Source: Patescibacteria group bacterium
GTDB lineage: Bacteria > Patescibacteriota > Doudnabacteria > UBA920
NCBI GenBank assembly: GCA_013387205.1
Contig: WARV01000011.1
Coordinates: 1 to 56,570 of the forward strand
Direction: 5' to 3'
DNA length: 56,570 nt
Part shown: piece after piece, positions 27,298-36,590 of the stretch
Position numbering within the stretch: position 1 is the stretch's first letter
How the letters are laid out: each line of letters begins with the position of its first letter
Made by a program: the position numbers and the translations under genes
Notes under the pieces: generated by a model
What the model saw: the letters and a program-made list of their open reading frames with translations, nothing else
The model's database searches: none
Told to the model about the DNA's origin: nothing

Positions 27298-29376
27298 ATG
27301 AGAAACTCTCTTAAACTCTTCTCGTTTACAGCTTTAATTGCTGTTTTTTTCGGGTTTTCGGCTTCGGTTTTAGCTTATGGATCCAATTTATCTATCACTG
27401 ATGCCGGAGGTGGAAATGCAAATATTATGGTCAGTAATGCTCCGGCCTATTCCTCTATCCAGCTTTCTTATACTGTGCCCGGATCCTCTTTGCCTACTAC
27501 AATTGGCAACTTCGGCACTACTGGCAGCAACGGATATTTTTCCACGACTATCAGCAGCAGCGCCTACGGGATAAACAATGGCGCGCAAGTTTACGTAACA
27601 GTGGGCGGTCAGCAATCTAATAGCGTACAATATGGCAGCTCCAGTTATTGGGGAGGCAATTACAGCGTTGGAGGCTTGAATTTGAGCCAGGGTAATGTCA
27701 ATTTAAACATCGGCCAGTCAACGACAATTACTGCCGGAAGCGGCGTTTATAATCCCAGCTATTACGTTGCCAGCAACAGCAATTCAAACGTGGCTTCGGC
27801 ATATGCAAGCGGCAATCAAATTACCATAACCGGAAATAATTCCGGCAATGCCACAATCGGCATCTGCTTGTCCGGTAATTCCAGCATGTGCTCAAATGTG
27901 TACGTAACCGTTAATGGCGGGTACAACTACGGCAATTTAAATTTTTCCCAAAACAATATCACGATTAACGCCGGGCAAAGCGCCAGCGTCAACATTTATA
28001 GCAGTTACTCTGGGACTTATTACGTCTCCAGTAATTCCAACAGCAGCGTAGTTTCTGCCAGCGTTAGCGGCGCAACAGTCAACCTTTACGGGCAGAATAC
28101 CGGCAGCAGCAACGTTACGGTCTGCCAAAACAACGGCAGTACTTGCGGGACGATTTACGTAACTGTCCAGGGAAGCAGCAGCGGGTCTGTGACTTTCAGC
28201 CAGAATAATTTGAATTTGAATGCCAGCCAGTCCCAAAGCGTCACCCTTTACGGATATTACTCGAACAATAATTTTTACATTAACGGTAATACCAATTCAA
28301 ATGCCGTATCAACCAGCTTAAGCGGCAGCCAATTGACAATAACCGGGCAGAACAGCGGGTCGTCCACTATCACGGTTTGCCAGAGCGGGGTTTCTAACTG
28401 CGGCTCGCTTTATGTCAATGTTTCCGGCAGCGGCTCTGGTTTTTCCGCATCGCAGAATAATATTTATTTAAATCAAGGCCAGAGCTCGTCAGTCACCTTT
28501 AGCGGTAATTGGGGCAGCTTGAATGTATCCAGTAATTCCAATTCTTACGTTGCTACAGCCAGTTTATCCGGCAATAACTTAAATATTTACGCCAACAACA
28601 ACGGCACTGCCGTGATAACGGTTTGTGCCAATTATTCCAGCAACTGCCAGGCAATAAACGTTACCGTTGGCTTGGGTAATAATTATAGCGGTAATCTGTC
28701 TTTTACCAGCACGAATTTGCCCCAGCCAGTGGTCGGCCAGAATTATAATTACCAGTTGCAGGTAACTGGCGGCAATAGCCCTTATACTTTTGCTTTGAAT
28801 AACGGCAGTTTGCCGGCTGGTTTGGGATTATTGTCTAACGGTGCCATTAACGGCACGCCGCAGAACAATAATTCTGCCAGTTTCTCCATCCGCGCAACCG
28901 ATGCTTCAGGAAGGGTTATCACAACCGGTTTTACTTTAAACCCAACCGGATCTTCCGGTGTCCAGTACCAGACTGGCGCAGTGTTAGGCTTGAGCATGTA
29001 TAACAACGGCGCGCTTATTTCAGAAAATGGCACGGTATATATTGCCTATAAAAATACCAAAACCGGTTTTGCCAGCGCCTCTGTCTTTAAAGCATTGGGA
29101 TATAATTTTGCGAACGTGATAAACGCTTCTAATTCCGGCTTGGCTGATTCAGGTTTTGTCGTTACCACAGCCAGCGCTTCCCATCCCTGGGGCAGCTGGA
29201 TAAAAAGCGGCGCGACCGTTTATTTTGTCCACGAGCTCGGATTAATCCCGGTGGGGGATTATAACACTTTCCTTAATAACGGCGGCGATGAAAGGCTTGT
29301 GGTGCCGGCTAATAGCTACGACTTCCGCTTGCCAATGCTTTCTATTATGATGACGGGGGATTCGAGACTTAGGTAA
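27298..29376 (+). CDS. Ser/Asn/Gly-rich surface protein with four tandem Ig-like repeats, a He_PIG-type Ig domain and a conserved C-terminal domain
   Basis: Signal peptide; repeats of SQNNxxLNxGQS...SNSNS.V..AS.SG...TVC...C..IYV.V; YNYQLQVTGGNSPYTF..GSLPAGL..GAINGTP. Confidence 0.82.
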   Translation: MRNSLKLFSFTALIAVFFGFSASVLAYGSNLSITDAGGGNANIMVSNAPAYSSIQLSYTVPGSSLPTTIGNFGTTGSNGYFSTTISSSAYGINNGAQVYVTVGGQQSNSVQYGSSSYWGGNYSVGGLNLSQGNVNLNIGQSTTITAGSGVYNPSYYVASNSNSNVASAYASGNQITITGNNSGNATIGICLSGNSSMCSNVYVTVNGGYNYGNLNFSQNNITINAGQSASVNIYSSYSGTYYVSSNSNSSVVSASVSGATVNLYGQNTGSSNVTVCQNNGSTCGTIYVTVQGSSSGSVTFSQNNLNLNASQSQSVTLYGYYSNNNFYINGNTNSNAVSTSLSGSQLTITGQNSGSSTITVCQSGVSNCGSLYVNVSGSGSGFSASQNNIYLNQGQSSSVTFSGNWGSLNVSSNSNSYVATASLSGNNLNIYANNNGTAVITVCANYSSNCQAINVTVGLGNNYSGNLSFTSTNLPQPVVGQNYNYQLQVTGGNSPYTFALNNGSLPAGLGLLSNGAINGTPQNNNSASFSIRATDASGRVITTGFTLNPTGSSGVQYQTGAVLGLSMYNNGALISENGTVYIAYKNTKTGFASASVFKALGYNFANVINASNSGLADSGFVVTTASASHPWGSWIKSGATVYFVHELGLIPVGDYNTFLNNGGDERLVVPANSYDFRLPMLSIMMTGDSRLR

Positions 29377-29482
29377 CGAAGTAACACGAACGGATAACGA
29401 ACGGGCACAAATGTACGAATGCTAAAACCCCGCCTCTCGCGAGAGGCGGGGTTTCTAATAACTAACATCTAAAACTTAATAT

Positions 29483-30043
29483 TTATTGCGAAGCTCTTTC
29501 CACGTATTCACCGGTAACTGTTGAGATGCGGATAACTTCGCCTTCTTTGATGAACATGGGAGCATTTACTGTCAGTCCGGTTTCCAGCTTGACTGGCTTG
29601 GTAATGTTTCCGCCGCTGTTGCCTTTGACATCCGGCGGGGCCTCTACGACTTTCAATTCGACTTTAACCGGCAATTCCACTGAAACCGGCTTGCCGTTAA
29701 AGCGGACAATGGTCACTTCCAAGCCTTCTTTTAAGAACGGTTCCTGTTCGGCGGTAGCTTCTTTTTGTATGTCAACGGTTTCAAAAGTTTCCTGGTTCAT
29801 GAAGTGAGTACCTCCGTCGTCTGCGTAAAGGAAACTGGCTTTTTCCCTGGTGACATCGGCTTCTTCGATTTTTTCGCCGAACTTGAAAGAGTATTCAATA
29901 ACTTTGCCGGAAATAATATTGCGCAGTTTTGTCTGCATGACCGGTTTTCTTTGCGCCGTGCGCATGCGGTTTGACCAGATTATCTGGCAAGGATCGCCAT
30001 TGTAGAGAATAATGGCGCCTAATTTGATATCGGAAATATCCAT
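29483..30043 (-). CDS. efp: Elongation factor P
   Basis: FLYAD, FMNQETFE, KPVKLETG and GEYVER motifs. Confidence 0.95.
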   Translation of the reverse strand: MDISDIKLGAIILYNGDPCQIIWSNRMRTAQRKPVMQTKLRNIISGKVIEYSFKFGEKIEEADVTREKASFLYADDGGTHFMNQETFETVDIQKEATAEQEPFLKEGLEVTIVRFNGKPVSVELPVKVELKVVEAPPDVKGNSGGNITKPVKLETGLTVNAPMFIKEGEVIRISTVTGEYVERASQ

Positions 30044-30146
30044 TTTATAATCCTAATGCCCCGAATTACCATCCGAATGCCCCAAACGATTCCTTTTCGG
30101 GTCATTTGGATAAATATTCTGGTAATTCGGATTATATTAATTTGTT

Positions 30147-30377
30147 TTAAGAGGCAACAAAAGGTAAAAGTGCCATGTGGCGCGCGCGCTTTAAGGCTTT
30201 GGTAACCAGGCGCTGGTGCTTGGGGCAGGTGCCGGTGCGGTTGTGGTTTAAGATTTTAGAATGGGGCGACATAAAGCGCCTTAAGGTCTGGGTGTCTTTG
30301 TAGTCCACGGTGGAAAGCTTGTTGGAGCAGAAGTAGCAGACCTTTTTTGTGGGTTGGGTATTATTAGATGGTCGCAT
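30147..30377 (-). CDS. rpsR: 30S ribosomal protein S18
   Basis: CYFC..DYKD..LRRF..TGTCPKHQR..KRARHMALLPF. Confidence 0.96.
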   Translation of the reverse strand: MRPSNNTQPTKKVCYFCSNKLSTVDYKDTQTLRRFMSPHSKILNHNRTGTCPKHQRLVTKALKRARHMALLPFVAS

Positions 30378-30497
30378 AAATTGATTAAAAGATTTTATGA
30401 TTAAAGAGTTTTCTACTAAATACTAATTTTTACTAAAAGTACTAAATTACGAAATCAAAGTTTAGTATTTTTAGTACATTTTTCGTATTTAGTAGAG

Positions 30498-30974
30498 TTA
30501 AAATGGAATGTCTTCTACATTAACGTCTTCGTTTTGCTGGATGGTGGGAAGCTCTTCGGCAGGGGTTTCCTGGGAAGCTCCGTTGTTCCTGCTTGGGGCA
30601 GAAGATTCCCCGTTAAAGCCTGTAGAAGCCTGGCCTTGGCCGTTGCCGCCGTCGAGCATTATCATGTTATCGGCGACAATTTCCGTGCGGTTTTTCTTTT
30701 GTCCGTCCTTGCTGTCCCAGGTTCGGGTCTGCAAGCGGCCTTCAATGTAAACCCTGCGGCCTTTTTTCAGGTATTGGGCGGCAATTTCCGCAAGCTTCCT
30801 CCACATGACAATGTTGTGGTATTCCACTTGCTCGACTTTTTGCCCGGTCTGCTGGTTGTTGTAGACGTAGTTGGTCGCAACGCCCAATTGGCAGACGCTG
30901 GCTCCCCCCGGAGTAGTGCGAAGTTCCGGATCGCGGGTAAGCCTGCCGATGATCATAACTTTGTTTAAGTCCAT
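30498..30974 (-). CDS. ssb: Single-stranded DNA-binding protein
   Basis: LNKVMIIGRLTRDPELR, EGRLQTRTW and C-terminal DIPF. Confidence 0.97.
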   Translation of the reverse strand: MDLNKVMIIGRLTRDPELRTTPGGASVCQLGVATNYVYNNQQTGQKVEQVEYHNIVMWRKLAEIAAQYLKKGRRVYIEGRLQTRTWDSKDGQKKNRTEIVADNMIMLDGGNGQGQASTGFNGESSAPSRNNGASQETPAEELPTIQQNEDVNVEDIPF

Positions 30975-31079
30975 AAAGTTACCAATATTATAATCCTAAT
31001 GCCCCGGATTAGTATCCGAATGCTCCAAATAATATTCGGGTCATTTGGATAAATATTCGGGTAATTCGGATTATATTAA

Positions 31080-31568
31080 TTATTTGGTTATATCTTCGTT
31101 CAGGGCTTCTTCAATCTTCTTGTCCAAATCTTCCTGGTTTAAGTCGATTATCGGCTCTGCGGCAACTTTTTCTTTCTTGGGGGCCGGTTCGGGAGCCACC
31201 GCTGCGGAAGCTTCCGCAACCGGAGCGCGGCGGACCAGTTTAGCCTGGGCAGCCTTATCTTTTTCCATTCTTTCCAGATGTTCGTCCAAATTGACGATTA
31301 TGTAGCGGATGATGGAATTTTCCTGGCTGCGTACTCTGGCATCAAAATCATTAATGCCTTTGCCGTCCATTTCGAAATTAACCACAACATAATGGCCGTT
31401 GCGGGTTTTCTTTATTGGATAGGCCAGCTTTTTCTTGCCAAGCTGGGTTTCTTTGATTTCCTTAGCGCCGAGGTCTTCAGCAAATTTTACGATTTGCTGG
31501 GAAATCTTGCTGACTTCGTCGTCGGCTACGTGCGAGCCGAGAAGGTACATAAGCTCATATTGAGGCAT
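31080..31568 (-). CDS. rpsF: 30S ribosomal protein S6
   Basis: YELMYLL, GKKKLAYPIKK and GHY motifs; rpsF-ssb-rpsR synteny. Confidence 0.95.
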   Translation of the reverse strand: MPQYELMYLLGSHVADDEVSKISQQIVKFAEDLGAKEIKETQLGKKKLAYPIKKTRNGHYVVVNFEMDGKGINDFDARVRSQENSIIRYIIVNLDEHLERMEKDKAAQAKLVRRAPVAEASAAVAPEPAPKKEKVAAEPIIDLNQEDLDKKIEEALNEDITK

Positions 31569-31678
31569 AGAAGTGTTCCTTCTATCCCTATCTCAATCAG
31601 GATAGGGAATATGATAATTATTAGTGTCTAGCGGCTAAGTTCGCCAGCTGGCGGAAGCGACTAGATTGATTTGCATAA

Positions 31679-31740
31679 ATTATAGCATTTTTAGGGGTTT
31701 TTAGTCAACCATTGACAGAAAGCCAAAAAAGTGCTATAAT
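31679..31740. promoter_or_regulatory. Back-to-back sigma70 promoters (rpsF operon and 31757 ORF)
   Basis: Plus strand TTGACA(31712)-17-TATAAT(31735); minus strand TTGACT(31708)...TGCTATAAT(31679). Confidence 0.7.
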
Positions 31741-31756
31741 TTGAGCCTGTGCCTTT

Positions 31757-32128
31757 ATGGCCAGGCTGTTAGAAATAACAGATTTGATGAAGGAGGGTAT
31801 CTTTATGATCCCGAAAGTCGAGCCTTGGGCTCACATTAAGATTTTCTCTGGCCCTGGAAAGTTTGACCTGTTATGTTTGGGTCTGGGCGCGCAAATACCC
31901 ATGATTTTTCAGGTGGCGGAAGACTTGGCGCCCTGCAAAATAACAAAGAGAATCTTTGTGACCGCCCTCGAGATAGAAGAGAACCTGCATGGGCAGGAGT
32001 GGTACCGGATCGCCGGTTACGAGCGGTATTCAGAATCGTCCGGTGCTGTCGAAAAGTACGTCTTAAGATATGTGGTTAGCGGTCCTGCTATCGGGTCGGT
32101 TAGGGGTTATATGAAAAGGGTAGTATAG
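31757..32128 (+). CDS. Hypothetical protein
   Basis: ORF with consensus promoter, an internal AAGGAGG-ATG alternative start and a downstream hairpin+U terminator. Confidence 0.6.
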   Translation: MARLLEITDLMKEGIFMIPKVEPWAHIKIFSGPGKFDLLCLGLGAQIPMIFQVAEDLAPCKITKRIFVTALEIEENLHGQEWYRIAGYERYSESSGAVEKYVLRYVVSGPAIGSVRGYMKRVV

Positions 32129-32225
32129 CGCAATAGCCGGCGCACGCGTAATAGCGTGCGCCGGTTTTTTTGCCAAAATAATTTTATCTTATCCGTCATA
32201 TATAAGAGAAGTAAAAGGAGGTGGG

Positions 32226-32612
32226 ATGCCAAAGCCGCTTTCAAAGAAAAAGGTGCACAGCATTTTGGATTTGATGAAAAAAATTGTGGTTGCGGGAAAA
32301 GACATTAACCTGTCGGTGGCGGATTTTATCAACGAGCTTAGGCAGGTGGAAAGTGAAATTTGCCAGCGCCTTGCCGCGAGCACCGAAGACCTTGCCAAAC
32401 TGGCCGAGGTTCTGGAAAAGGCAGGAAATATGCCTGATGCTGCCGTAAAAGCCGAAAAAGCCAAAGAAGTGCTGGAAGACTCCGCGGTTAGCCACATGTT
32501 CTTTTTTCAGTTGGTCAGCCAGATGGCCGACGAACTGCATTCCTGGCGATTGCTTAACCGCGCCAGCCAGGCAAAAAAACCGGAAGCAGGAAAACATCCA
32601 GAAAAAAAATAG
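32226..32612 (+). CDS. Hypothetical helical protein
   Basis: AAGGAGGT RBS; coiled-coil-like composition. Confidence 0.65.
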   Translation: MPKPLSKKKVHSILDLMKKIVVAGKDINLSVADFINELRQVESEICQRLAASTEDLAKLAEVLEKAGNMPDAAVKAEKAKEVLEDSAVSHMFFFQLVSQMADELHSWRLLNRASQAKKPEAGKHPEKK

Positions 32613-32703
32613 GCGGCACAAAAAAAGAGCCTTTTGCAGCGGCAAGGGGTTCTTTTTGTCTTGCCACGCCGAAGTTTCAACGCAGGCGAGTTTTGCCACG
32701 CCA

Positions 32704-32954
32704 TTGGTCAAAGAGAGCACCTTTGACCGTGTGTCATTGCGAGTGCAGCCGACCTGTCCTCCGACTTGTCCGACGTAGCTTTAGCGAAGGGGGAAGCAAT
32801 CTATTTAAAGATCCTTCACCCTCAGATGCATTCGGGTTCAGGATGACGCCTAAAGGCGTTAAGATTGCCACGCTCGGATGCCCCAAAGGGGCCTCTTTGA
32901 GGCACTCGCTCGCAATGACAGTGAGCGACGTTGGCCAAAGAGCACCTTTGGCCA
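32704..32954. repeat. Composite nested palindromic element
   Basis: TTGG(T/C)CAAAG..CTTTG(A/G)CC hairpins enclosing GTCATTGCGAG..GAAGCAATCT..GATTGC..CTCGCAATGAC; near copy at 48386-48553. Confidence 0.75.
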
Positions 32955-33026
32955 GGTGTTATTGATATTTTTTCCCTTGCATTTTTTCAAGGTTTTATAT
33001 ATCCTTTGTTAGATAAGGAGGAGTGC

Positions 33027-33632
33027 ATGAGGTGTGTATTGGCTATTTTGTTGAGCTTTTTGCCGCTTTCCTGTTTCGGTCAAAATCAGAAAATTGACGG
33101 GCTAAGAATTATCGTGGCGAGCTCTGGCAGTGATTTGCGGGAAAACCTTAAGGCTTTTGCCGGCAGCTACGAGGCGGCGGAATCTTTGGAGTCCATGCTG
33201 GCAGATGAATCTAAAAGGCCGCTTTGGCCTAAGGTTATCAAAGCCATTGGCCTTGTTTCGCCGCCGGACGAAAGGATTTACAACCGGCTGGTTAATTTTC
33301 TGGAGAGCGACAAGCCTTTCAAGGATTGCCCGTATTCAACTCCTGGTGAATTTTTGAAGGAAGTTCTTCCCATAGAGCCCGCAGTGCTTAGTAAGGACAA
33401 TTACGACCCGAAGATGGGCGTGATTGAAGTCTTGTGGCTGATTGCGAAAAGGAATCCGGATGATCCTTTGGTTAGCAAGGGGGTATGGAAGTATCTGCAG
33501 CTCGGCAGGTCATGGGCTTACTGGGAATACCATCTCCGCTGGCAGGCAAAAGAAGATTACCTGTCCGGAAAAAAGTTGTGGGATGAACTTGCTAGGCAGG
33601 CCAGGTCCGCGGCAGTCATGCCGTTGAGGTAA
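33027..33632 (+). CDS. Secreted hypothetical protein
   Basis: AAGGAGGAG RBS, signal-peptide-like N-terminus and downstream terminator. Confidence 0.65.
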   Translation: MRCVLAILLSFLPLSCFGQNQKIDGLRIIVASSGSDLRENLKAFAGSYEAAESLESMLADESKRPLWPKVIKAIGLVSPPDERIYNRLVNFLESDKPFKDCPYSTPGEFLKEVLPIEPAVLSKDNYDPKMGVIEVLWLIAKRNPDDPLVSKGVWKYLQLGRSWAYWEYHLRWQAKEDYLSGKKLWDELARQARSAAVMPLR

Positions 33633-33715
33633 TTAAGCCAGTATTGTTACAGGGCGCCCCAGTTATGGTAGCGCCCTGTTTTTTTAATATCACCCAAATT
33701 TTAACAGAGTAAGGA

Positions 33716-34864
33716 TTATACATTAAACCTAAAATGAACCACATCGCCATCTTGTATGGTATATTCCTTGCCTTCCACGCGCAGCCAGCCTTTGTCTCTG
33801 GATCCGCCGTAGCCGCCAGCTTCCAATAATTTGTCCCACTGGATGACTTCGGCACGGATAAAGCCTTTTTCAAAATCCGTGTGGATTTTTCCGGCAGCCT
33901 GCGGTGCCTTGGTGCCGACAGTACATGTCCAGGCTTTGGATTCTTTTGGCCCGGCAGTAATAAAAGTAATGAGTCCCAAAGTTTTGTATGCGGCTTTGAT
34001 AATTTTATCAAGTCCGGATTCCGGCAGGCCAAGCTCTTTTAAATAATCAGCGCGCTCGGCATCGTCAAGTTCAGCAAGTTCGCTTTCCAGCTGCGCGTCT
34101 ATCCTGATCACGGCGTCATTCTGATGGAGTGCATCCGACCGAAGAATCTCTTTTTGGAATTGAGATCCTTCAGCCTCGGATGCACTCGGCTTCAGGATGA
34201 CGCCAGAAGAAGTAAATTCTTTTTTATCCAAATCAAATTTATCATTAGCGACAAACATAATAGGTTTTGTCGTTAAAAGCTGGATGTCCTTGCTGTTTTC
34301 TTTCTCCTCATCGGACAAAATAACGGTGTTGGCCATTTGTCCTTTTTCCAGGGCAGCTTTGTATTTTTCCAAAACCGCTTTTTTAACAATCATTTCCCGG
34401 TCGCCGGATTTAGCGGCACGGGATACGGTTTCCATGCGCTTGTCTACGTTCTGTAAATCCGCCAGTTGCAGCTCAATGGCAATGGTTTCCATGTCCCTTT
34501 GCGGGTCAATGTTGCCCTGTACGTGGATAATATCTTTGTTTTCAAAAAACCTGATTACCTCCATAATCGCGTCCACTTCGCGGATATGGGACAAAAATTG
34601 GTTGCCCAAGCCTTCGCCAGCGCTGGCACCTTTGACTAATCCGGCAATATCCACGAACTCGATCGTTGTCGGTACAATCTTTTCTGATTTCTCCTGCTTA
34701 GCCAATTTGGCCAGGCGTTCGTCCGGAACGGCAACCACGCCTATGTTTGGGTCAATCGTGGCAAAAGGATAATTGGCAGCTTCTACTTTAGATTTAGTGA
34801 TGGCATTAAAAAGTGTTGACTTGCCGACATTGGGCAATCCGACAATTCCTATCTTAAAACTCAT
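33716..34864 (-). CDS. ychF: Redox-regulated ATPase YchF, with an in-frame palindromic insertion
   Basis: GIVGLPNVGKST, NYPFATIDPN, DIAGLV and TGS domain. The start is probably the ATG at 34864. Confidence 0.96.
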   Translation of the reverse strand: MSFKIGIVGLPNVGKSTLFNAITKSKVEAANYPFATIDPNIGVVAVPDERLAKLAKQEKSEKIVPTTIEFVDIAGLVKGASAGEGLGNQFLSHIREVDAIMEVIRFFENKDIIHVQGNIDPQRDMETIAIELQLADLQNVDKRMETVSRAAKSGDREMIVKKAVLEKYKAALEKGQMANTVILSDEEKENSKDIQLLTTKPIMFVANDKFDLDKKEFTSSGVILKPSASEAEGSQFQKEILRSDALHQNDAVIRIDAQLESELAELDDAERADYLKELGLPESGLDKIIKAAYKTLGLITFITAGPKESKAWTCTVGTKAPQAAGKIHTDFEKGFIRAEVIQWDKLLEAGGYGGSRDKGWLRVEGKEYTIQDGDVVHFRFNV

Positions 34865-35053
34865 ATTTTCTCCCGGCGTCATTCTGAGCGGAGCGAAGAA
34901 TCTCTATCTCAAAATTTTGACGATTATTACTATCATATTTTAAAGCAGATTTAGGATTTAGCCAAGGGCTTGACGAGTAATTAAATCAACGATATTATTT
35001 TTGTATTATTGCCGAGGTTTGGCGAATCATTCGAACAATGGAAGGAGGATTCC

Positions 35054-35308
35054 ATGAGCAGATTTATTCCAGTTCAGAATCATGGACTGGGTGGGGGAGT
35101 TTCTCACGACACGCCTCGAATCCCGAAAAGCCATGATAGGCCGAAAAACCAGCTCCGTAAATCCCATCCGGGCCTAACGCCGTCTATGCGGATGGAGATG
35201 GGCCGGACTCGCGGCACCATGAGCCATGAGAAGGATATCGGCAGAGCCGATTCTCACAACAGCACATCGCATTCTCATGGTAATAGCAGGGGATGGGGGC
35301 ACTGGTAA
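35054..35308 (+). CDS. Small His/Ser/Gly-rich, probably disordered protein
   Basis: GAAGGAGG RBS, TTGACG..TATTAT promoter and downstream hairpin. Confidence 0.55.
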   Translation: MSRFIPVQNHGLGGGVSHDTPRIPKSHDRPKNQLRKSHPGLTPSMRMEMGRTRGTMSHEKDIGRADSHNSTSHSHGNSRGWGHW

Positions 35309-35962
35309 AACGCCAACTCATTTCGCTTCGTGGCGACAGCTGAAAGCTGTCGCCACTTTGATTTTATCCACCACTTAAAATCTTGACTTAAATAAAGGAA
35401 AAGAGTAAGATATTTGGCATGGGACGCTAGATATGCGTTTCCAAATCCAATTTGCAAGAGGGATGTAGAATGTTTAATCGGAAATTTGATTTTTTCTCTT
35501 TGCCTAAGAACCAGGCGATGCATCGTGCTTTTCGTAGCAGTCATCTTATTAACCGCCGCCATTGCCCCAACCGGGGCAACCACCAGAGGGGCTGGCATCA
35601 CAAGTGGGTAGAGAACTAATCAAGCAGGCGGGACAGCAAACATTGCTGTCCCGCTTTCAAATTGGCAAAAGAAGAGCGCACAACAACGTGTGCGCTTGCC
35701 GGATAAACCGGTTAGAATTGCCTGTGCTGGACCACCTCCTTTCCCGCAAGTAGCGGCTCGTCTGCGCGAGCTTAATCCTCTTAAGATGTTGAACACCTGT
35801 GTGTTATTAGCTACTGGGGAAAGGAGGTATTTTAATTTGGATCATACGATCCTCCTTACCCCTAATATACCATAGAATGAGATTTGACCAAAATTTCAGG
35901 CAGACGTAAAATTGAAACAGTGGTAATGCTGTTATTCCCGAAAGTTAGAAGGAGGCAGAAAG

Positions 35963-36379
35963 TTGTTGCATTTTAATCGCGACAATACGCACAATGCCAA
36001 GCGCAACGGGGAAACCTTCTCCCGCGCCAAGCAAGAGAAGCGGAACTTCGTCAAGGGCAAGCTGTTCGTAAACAGGCTTATTCCGGAGATCCATCACCGG
36101 CAGATTCTCTGGATTTGCGCAGCCATTAGCGAATCAAGAAGTTTGCAGACTACCAACAGCTCCCGCGCGTTTGCCGAATCCCTAGACGGCATCGGCAAAC
36201 AGTTCAAGATCAAAAAGGTCCAGTATTGCGAAGCTTGTGTAGCGGCAAGCGTGGGTGGCGTGATGGTTTGGGGATCGCCAAAGGCTTTCAGGAAACTTCT
36301 GGCTTCCGAAAAAGTTGCCCGCAGCGCGTTTGAGCGCAGCCAAGCCGGCGTCTTAACGGCCAAAATGGCATTTGCGTAA
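35963..36379 (+). CDS. Hypothetical protein
   Basis: GAAGGAGG RBS with TTG start; hairpin+U terminator at ~36395-36429. Confidence 0.55.
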   Translation: MLHFNRDNTHNAKRNGETFSRAKQEKRNFVKGKLFVNRLIPEIHHRQILWICAAISESRSLQTTNSSRAFAESLDGIGKQFKIKKVQYCEACVAASVGGVMVWGSPKAFRKLLASEKVARSAFERSQAGVLTAKMAFA

Positions 36380-36590
36380 CCTTTCAGGAATTATGCAGGG
36401 GGTGCCCACACTGCCCCCTGCTATTTTTATGCTAAAATGTAATAGCAGATTATTTAAAACGTTTTTATTAATATAATATTAATTGTCCACGAACACACTA
36501 ATTATCACGAATATCACTAATATAGCATTAGTGTAATTAGTGTTTATTCGTGAATTAGTGGATGGGCAATTTATGGAATATAATAAGGTT

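Noticed and set aside
32693-32965. 90-aa ORF and the upstream extension of 32931-33632
   Set aside because: They are translations of the composite palindromic repeat. The real gene probably starts at 33027 after AAGGAGGAG.
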